From the NCBI GenBank assembly GCA_030295235.1, contig AP026150.1:124001-188000 (forward strand): a DNA stretch of 64,000 nucleotides. The letters run 5' to 3'. The position numbers were made by a program, and so were the translations under genes. This DNA comes from Fistulifera solaris (taxonomy: Eukaryota). Below are positions 57,404 to 64,000 of the stretch, in pieces. Numbering within the stretch: the stretch's first letter is position 1; every line of letters begins with the position of its first letter. Below the pieces are notes generated by a model that worked only from the letters and a program-made list of their open reading frames with translations, ran no database searches and was not told the DNA's origin.

Positions 57404-57637
57404 CGTGACGAAGAAGCCCGACTGCAGGCCGAACTCGAAATCGTCACAAAAATGAGACAAGCTTTCACGGCAGCCTTGCAAATGTTGGAAGCGGCACGAG
57501 ATGATTTGATCGAAATGGGATGGCGGATGGATCGTTTGCAACAGGCCAGTGTGCAGTGTCGGATGGCGTGGCAACAACAAACCACAACAAAGAAGCCGAA
57601 GAACGAAAAGCGTCACGATTTCGTGGGTCCACCTTAA
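57335..57637 (+). CDS. Small coiled-coil protein, weakly reminiscent of DASH/Dam1 subunit Duo1
   Basis: 100-aa ORF with poly-Ser, then EEARLQAELEIVTKMRQAFTAALQMLEAARDDL. Confidence 0.45.
57373..57403. repeat. (ATC)n microsatellite encoding poly-Ser
   Basis: About 10 perfect units. Confidence 0.9.
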
Positions 57638-57652
57638 TAAATGTTGACACTA

Positions 57653-59193
57653 TCATCTAGTATTACTACGGCTGGGCTCCTCTTCCAAGACACGTATTCG
57701 TTCCTGAGCGCGATGACGAATGGATTCCAATCGAGTCTGCCATGCCCGAATGCGAGACGAAGTTTGCCGTGACAAATCTTCCGTTTCATTGTACCGAGGA
57801 TCCGAATATTTCAGATAGGATTGCAACAAAATGGGACTCAATACGAGTCCATCACAAAACGATTCGGTAAAATCTAATCCTCGGTTCGTGTACAATTGTT
57901 CCGGACTATCGGGTCGCAGAGCCGGATTACGATAAGGAGGTATGTCTTCGGCGTTGGTGTAATTCCACACTTTGGCTTGATATTCGGAAACGACGGTCAA
58001 GCGGACTCGTTCATCGGCTTCTTGGAGTGCCACTTGGAACCCAATGATCCATTCCGGTAGTTTCCATCCCAAGATTTCACGTTTGATACCATCATTTTTG
58101 TCAGTGGGTGTCTTTTTCTTTTCTTCTTCAACTTCTTGCAGAACTGCATCCCATGTCTCGGAAGCCAATTGCGAAGCAAACACCCCAATCAAGACACTGA
58201 CCCCCAATGCGACCAACAACAACGTATCTTGCATTCCACCCGTATCTTGTTGGATGGAACCATCGACGATACTTTTCCCAAAATATCCCAAATAACTATC
58301 TAACAAATACGGTTTGAGACTGCCCAAAAGATTCCTCCACAAAAGGGTCCCCATCCCACATTGGTGACACCATAGACGTAATTGTAAAGTCCCAACGGAA
58401 TCGGCAATACCGGTGCCAATCGCAACGTCAATATAGCTTTGAGTCCATCTTTGGCGACGACTTTTTCAATCCCTCGCAAGGAAGGATATTCGTCGAGTAC
58501 TTGCAATGCTTTTTTGACGTATGGGGGTATCCATTTTGGCCAAACCAAAGGCGACAGACGATCCCACCGTTGCGGCGGCCGCCGAAAGGACCGCCCCCTG
58601 TAAAACACCACCAAACAAAATTCCCGACGACAAGGCTAGAACAATTCCGCCTGCATCCAAGCACAAGCATTTGACGGCCGTCCAGGCGGCCGTAAACAAG
58701 AGTAATTTCGTGATAGGATTCATGGTTTCTGCGGTCTGGAGAATGGATTCCAATTGTTGTTGCAGTTCCGGACTGTCTGTCATGAAATCCAATCCCACCG
58801 CCGACACCAGTGCCGCCCGTCCACCCACACGTAATGCCACGGCTCCAGCGGCAATGACAAAAGCTGTCAACGTCAATGCCGTCTTATTGATGTCTTCTCC
58901 TTTGGAGGAGGCGTCCAATAAGAAATTGCCATTGGCATCACGCGGCAACGACGCTATTCGTGATTCCCTTAGAGTCTCGGCTGATTTCAAGACGGCCCGA
59001 ATTTGTTTTCGTCGTGCGGTCAAAATTTGCAACCGTGCTGTTTCTTCTTCTTCTTCATCATGGGGGTTTGATGTAACACAACACGAGTCGTCGTCCGAAG
59101 GGGTGCCAGGCAGAAAGATCGCGTGGAAAACGCCGATGCTTGTTTAGTAAAACACGCCAATATAATACTGCAAATGGCTATTATGGACTTCAT
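57653..59193 (-). CDS. Plastid-targeted SNARE-associated Golgi/TVP38/TMEM64 (VTT/DedA) membrane protein
   Basis: MKSIIAIC..ASAF presequence; SGILFGGVLQG..ATVGSSVAF and LRLAPVLPIPLGLYNYVYGVT motifs. Spread over four ORFs joined by homopolymer frameshifts. Confidence 0.82.
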
Positions 59194-59517
59194 TGCTAAT
59201 TGTTTGTAGGTATAACAAATATTTTGAGCTCCTTCTTTGTAAGGAATGCTTTTCGTTTCTACATCAAATAGCACATCCTCGTTGCGCATCAAAAGGAATG
59301 AAAGTAGCTCTCCTTCTGTCGCACCAGTTTCATTCGATACAATCCAGGAATACCGGTGCGTGTCCATCCCCTTGCACCTACGTCATTCATCGGTCGGGCG
59401 CGTTTTGTTGTAAAAAAAACAAACGACGATGAAGTCAAAAAAAAGATCGTCGAGCCGCTCTTAATTTCATTTCTTTGCTTCATTCTTTTACCCTTCTTTC
59501 ACAAAAATAACAACATC

Positions 59518-60177
59518 ATGAAATTCATTGTCTACTTCTTCGTCACGACGGCTTCCGCCTTTACCCCTTCCATTCCCTCTCGTCCTTTGACGCGGTTGTA
59601 TTTAAAAGGCGCCGACATGAGTGGCAATTCGTGGAAACCCGACAGTGAAAAGATGGGTTCGACAGATACTGGTGATTATTTTCCTGAAGGTTACAATCCC
59701 GATATTGCCTTTACGGATGGTTGGCAAGGCAGTCAAGCGTCGTTGGCGGGCAACAACAAACGCAGTGGACCGGCGATTCCTGGATTGGAAAATTTAGGCG
59801 CCGATGCCACCATGTATGGTGGGATTACACAAGCTTCAGAAATCCCACCCGGCATGGATTTTACACCACCATCTATTCCGGATGGTGTCTTTGAAATGAA
59901 CGTCCAAGCCGTTGCCGGAACGGCCAAGGAATTGTCCGTGAATCCAGTCTGTATGGGATTTGAAGATTATTATGCGGCCTTTAGTCCAGGATCGCATCCT
60001 TCCTTTTCGGTATCACCTGCGGTAGGACGCATGGATCGTCGGGGTGGTGCACCCACTGTTTTGAAAATTCTTTGTGCACCACAAGGACAAACGGGTTTGT
60101 TGGAAGGTAATCTCGTCATTAATTTACCCGATGATGGCACCAAAATCTATTATCAAGTCAAAGCGAATGCCGTGTAA
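59518..60177 (+). CDS. Plastid-targeted hypothetical protein with a beta-rich C-terminal domain
   Basis: ATG at 59518, MKFIVYFFVTTASAF; intact 219-aa ORF. Confidence 0.75.
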   Translation: MKFIVYFFVTTASAFTPSIPSRPLTRLYLKGADMSGNSWKPDSEKMGSTDTGDYFPEGYNPDIAFTDGWQGSQASLAGNNKRSGPAIPGLENLGADATMYGGITQASEIPPGMDFTPPSIPDGVFEMNVQAVAGTAKELSVNPVCMGFEDYYAAFSPGSHPSFSVSPAVGRMDRRGGAPTVLKILCAPQGQTGLLEGNLVINLPDDGTKIYYQVKANAV

Positions 60178-60396
60178 TCCGATTTTATTTGCCAAAAGGA
60201 AAACCTAGAAACGCTTATCATCCGAGAGACCCAGGAACACACGATATTCGTATCGGATGGAATGGAATGGAATGGAGTAGGTCCTTCAGAATGAATATCC
60301 AAAGAAATTCCGTAGAATTATTATTTATATTTAGGTGATTATATTTCTATAGTTCGTCTGAATGTTGATGCAATGCCCTTTTGGTGTTTATTCTTC

Positions 60397-62293
60397 TTAG
60401 ACCGTCATGGTGGGGATTTCGTCATAACCACCACGACGATGACGACTCCTCGTCACACACTGATAGATGGCCATGACTACAACACCCAACAAGAAACCTG
60501 CCACACCGACCGTTGTGTCCATACTGCTACTATTGAAAGTAGTAGTACTAGTACAGGAAGGACACGTGGGGCAAGGGAGGGTGGGCATGGCGGTGATGGG
60601 AGCTCGTGTTGGAACTGCCGTAGGAGCCGGAGGAATCCAGTAAGTACAATCTTGAATACTGGCATTCCACCATCCATTCCCACAATCGGGAGGTGGACCG
60701 GGTGTCGGTGCCAAAGTGTCATCTCCCAAGATGAAATCCGCGATCGGTGGATTGAGACAAGCCAACAATGGGTCCATGTGGTCACGAAGATTCGGCATCA
60801 AACCGGCGGCGGCAACATCACGGAAGGACAACAATTTGGCCCACGAATCCAAGACCCCGATCGTGTTGTCATCATCAGTATACAATTTCCAAGCCGCAAA
60901 CGACCAACCGAGACCTTTTTCATACGAAAACAGTTGGCGCGCCACAAAGGATTGACGATGACGGTACCACCAATCGGAATGAATCGTTTCTTCAAAACGA
61001 TCGCATTGTCCATAATCCACAAATTTCGATGTAGTATCCCGCAAGACACAATTGTCGACTGCGGCATCAAATCCACTCGACACCAAGACGGGGATACCTT
61101 GAAAGCAGGTCGCATATTCCAAAGGAGATCGTCCCAAACACGCCATGGATTCATGATAAAACAATTTCATACGATCATCGACACTGGTCGATGAAGCAAT
61201 GTCCGCTACGGTACTGGTATGATCCATTGATAAGGCACCAAACACGTACGAATCATTGGCAGGAAACAATTCTTTCATATGCTGAATGGTACTTAAATTG
61301 ATAGGAACATAGAGGGGAAGTGTTGAGTCGACGGCACGCGCGGCGTGGAACGATTGCACCGAAGGCAACATCAGCGACATGTCGTGTTGAACACAAAACT
61401 GCGCCGCCGCGGTCACCGCATCATCGTTGTCGTTTCCTTCCAATACCAAAATTGCTTGTAACTGTGCATCATCGGCCATTTGCCGAATCTTGGATAACAA
61501 ATCCAGTAATTCATCATCTGTCTGGGAGTTATTGTCATCGTTAAGAAATGCCGTGAGGGGGGAATGGAATTTGTACGGTATTCAATCCGTGTTGGTGCAT
61601 GTCATGAAAATCTTGGGCGGTATAAAAGTGATGTTGTTGTTTCGGCGTCAATGGTGTTCCACCGGTCGCCCACAGAGCTTCTGTAAAGAGTCCAGCAAGT
61701 GTCACACTCCGAACCGTTGTCGTCGATGGCTTTGTTGTCTGGCACTGCAATTGCGCCAAGCCACCCAATTCACAAGCAAAGGGATCCGCTTCATGATTGG
61801 GTGTTGACTGATACACCGCTTCGATCATAAGATTCAAAACATTCACCGTTTCCTGTGCCGTCAAATTCCCTCCTTGATATTGTGTTTGAATGGCATTCGC
61901 ATCGGGCAACCATACGACATCACCACCACCACTTTCCGGGGCAAACTGCGGCGGCAAGGCCGTACATCCCCACGTATGATTTTTGTAAGACAAAGGCACC
62001 CCGATTGCGTCCACACAAGGTGGCAAAGAAACTGAGACCCATGTCGTGCAATTGCGGTAACGTGTCGGCATTCACGACGGTCGGATCCAAACGACAAGAA
62101 GTCGTCGTCGTCCGATGATGGTCTATAGAATGAAAGTGTTTCATCGTTTCACTGCTTCTACACGCGATAGTCAGCAAAATGAAAGGATAGGATGTTTAAT
62201 AATAATAATAATAATATGAGAATGTGTTGTTGATGCAACAGATTCGTTGGTGTGATGAGGGAATCGTTTCATGAAAGGACGAGCGAGACCCAT
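60397..62293 (-). CDS. Membrane-anchored GH5 (exo-1,3-beta-glucanase)-like protein, divergent
   Basis: FYTAQDFHDMHQHGLNTVQIP and YEKGLGWSFAAWK motifs; Pro/Thr linker and C-terminal TM. Several frameshifts; the 5' exon structure is uncertain. Confidence 0.65.
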
Positions 62294-62503
62294 GACAGGA
62301 CGGCGGGAGTCGCGAATAAACAAGAAAGAAAACGAGATACGGAGTACCAGTACTACGGAATAACGATGAACACACGCGAGGACACTTTGATATTTATTAT
62401 ACTCCGGAGTAAACAAAAATGGATCTTCTTTTTCTTCATTCATTCATTCATTCATTTTGACATCTTCTTGCTTCAGAATCATTCAAAGATGATATGAACA
62501 AAA

Positions 62504-62777
62504 ATGAATTTCCATTATCAAAGTTTCATTAGTCTTTTTTTCACGCTCGTCGTCGTGTCGGTTTGTGGTCGTCGAAAAACAAATACTACCAGTACCACCA
62601 TTGTTACAAACCTCACGACAATTCACAATCCTAATTATTTATTTGCACAAGATATTACCATCCTGGTGGTGACAGATGTACATTCTTGGGTGGGTGGTCA
62701 TGGACCGAATGAGCCGCATCTCAATATTAATTACGGTCACGTTGTGAGTTTTTATGAACGCCTGTTACAACACGCGC

Positions 62778-62808
<31 letters not shown>

Positions 62809-64000
62809 GAAGGATTTGTTTTTCGTGATGAATGGAGATTGGATTGATGGGACCGGTCTTTCCTTTGATTTGACAGCATTGACACAAATTTTACAACAAA
62901 TGCCGTGGGATGCCATCAATGTTGGGAATCATGAATTGTACCATGCGCCCTTACTCGAATTCATTACACAACCTGGTGGAATGATTGATTGGTTTGGCAA
63001 CAAGTATTTGTCGTCCAATATTGTGCTTACAAAGACACAACAAACATTCGGACAGCGTTACGTCATTTTGCAAGGAAATCACAGTGCCGTGTTGACCTTT
63101 GGTTTCTTGTACAATATGAAAGATCATGTCGATACAGTTCTAGTCCAAGAGATTGAAGCGGTCGTACAAGAAGCTTGGTTTTTGGATGCACTCCACAACA
63201 ACACGTACGATGCCATCTTAGTGTTGGCACATATGCACGTCCAAGATCCTCTCGTGCAAGTTCTATTACAAAACATAAGAGAACAAGTGGGGACAACCAT
63301 GCCAGTGCAATTTATTACTGGACACACACATATTCGCGACTATGCCATTCTCGATGAGTGGAGTGCGTCCTTTGAGGCAGGACGGTATTTGGATACTATC
63401 GGTGTTGTGTCATTTCCCAAAGCAAATCAAAATACGACGACGAAAAATGCCACCCAATTATTTACGCATCATTTTCTGGATGCGAATCACGAGACATTGA
63501 GTGCCGTACTGGACGTCGACAGCATCGATACTCCCAAGGGCGTGGCACTGTCGCAATTCATTGCCACCACACGAGAGGAATTGGGACTCAATCAAGGAAT
63601 GGGTTGTATTAATCAATCCTACTACACAACTTCGGCCCTGGGTGACTCTGCTTCCTTGTGGGGGTTCTTTATCAATGCCGTCGTGCCCAGCGTTCTGCCA
63701 GGAAAACATGCTTTGATGTTGGACAAGGGAGATCTGCGTTATGACTTACTAAAAGGAAACGTGAGACTCGATGATATCATTGCGGTATCACCCTTTAACG
63801 ATACTCTCTATTACTGGAAGGACATTCCGGGAAGTGTGATTTTACAATTGAACGAATCGATGAACGTCCAACATGATACCAGTTTTCTTCCCCTACTGCC
63901 GTCTTATATACTGGCACCTTCCGAGACGATTGTTCCCAGCACACTTTACGAACTCATGACATCCGAATTTGAGATTCCATCGATACGAGAAGCACTCGTG
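62504..64000 (+). CDS. Secreted calcineurin-like metallophosphoesterase / 5'-nucleotidase family protein (runs off the window; absent from the ORF track)
   Basis: Read by hand from ATG 62504: signal peptide, TDVHSW, NGDWIDGTG, GNHELY, LAHM and TGHTH motifs. Confidence 0.88.
62777..62809. repeat. (CAA)n microsatellite encoding poly-Gln
   Basis: 10 CAA units plus CAG. Confidence 0.9.

Noticed and set aside
1..64000. tRNA or rRNA genes, telomeric repeats, prokaryotic operons or defence systems
   Set aside because: None recognised by eye; intron-containing eukaryotic genes account for the window.

Overview
Eukaryotic nuclear DNA, most likely a pennate diatom. Evidence: short GT-AG introns, signal peptide + 'ASAF/SAF' bipartite plastid presequences, a CoDi-type Ty1/copia element and diatom-type gene families. 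About 30 genes are recognisable, including an AFG1/ZapE ATPase, thioredoxin, an SDR, a lactonase, bestrophin, GT23, cyclophilin, eIF4A, TVP38, a GH5-like protein and a 5'-nucleotidase. There are three transposon relics: a dead copia LTR element (3.55-9.98 kb), a 5'-truncated CRE-type non-LTR fragment (28.4-29.1 kb) and an internally deleted pogo-type element with 24-bp TIRs (50.16-51.41 kb). Many conserved genes are broken by single-base indels in homopolymer runs, which points to assembly error rather than pseudogenes. Best leads: (1) a five-member family of small secreted Cys-rich proteins sharing a phase-1 signal-peptide intron (four in tandem, one dispersed); (2) a ~2,000-aa secreted DUF1800+DUF1501 fusion with an inserted cytochrome-b5-like module; (3) a C/D snoRNA resembling SNORD2/snR39B in an eIF4A intron, the same host-gene family as in human; (4) unusual cis-signals in the copia element (CA..TG-type LTR ends, half-tRNA-like PBS, internal PPT copies, spliceable leader); (5) a convergent passenger ORF in the pogo element. 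All family calls come from motif recognition by eye; no searches were run.
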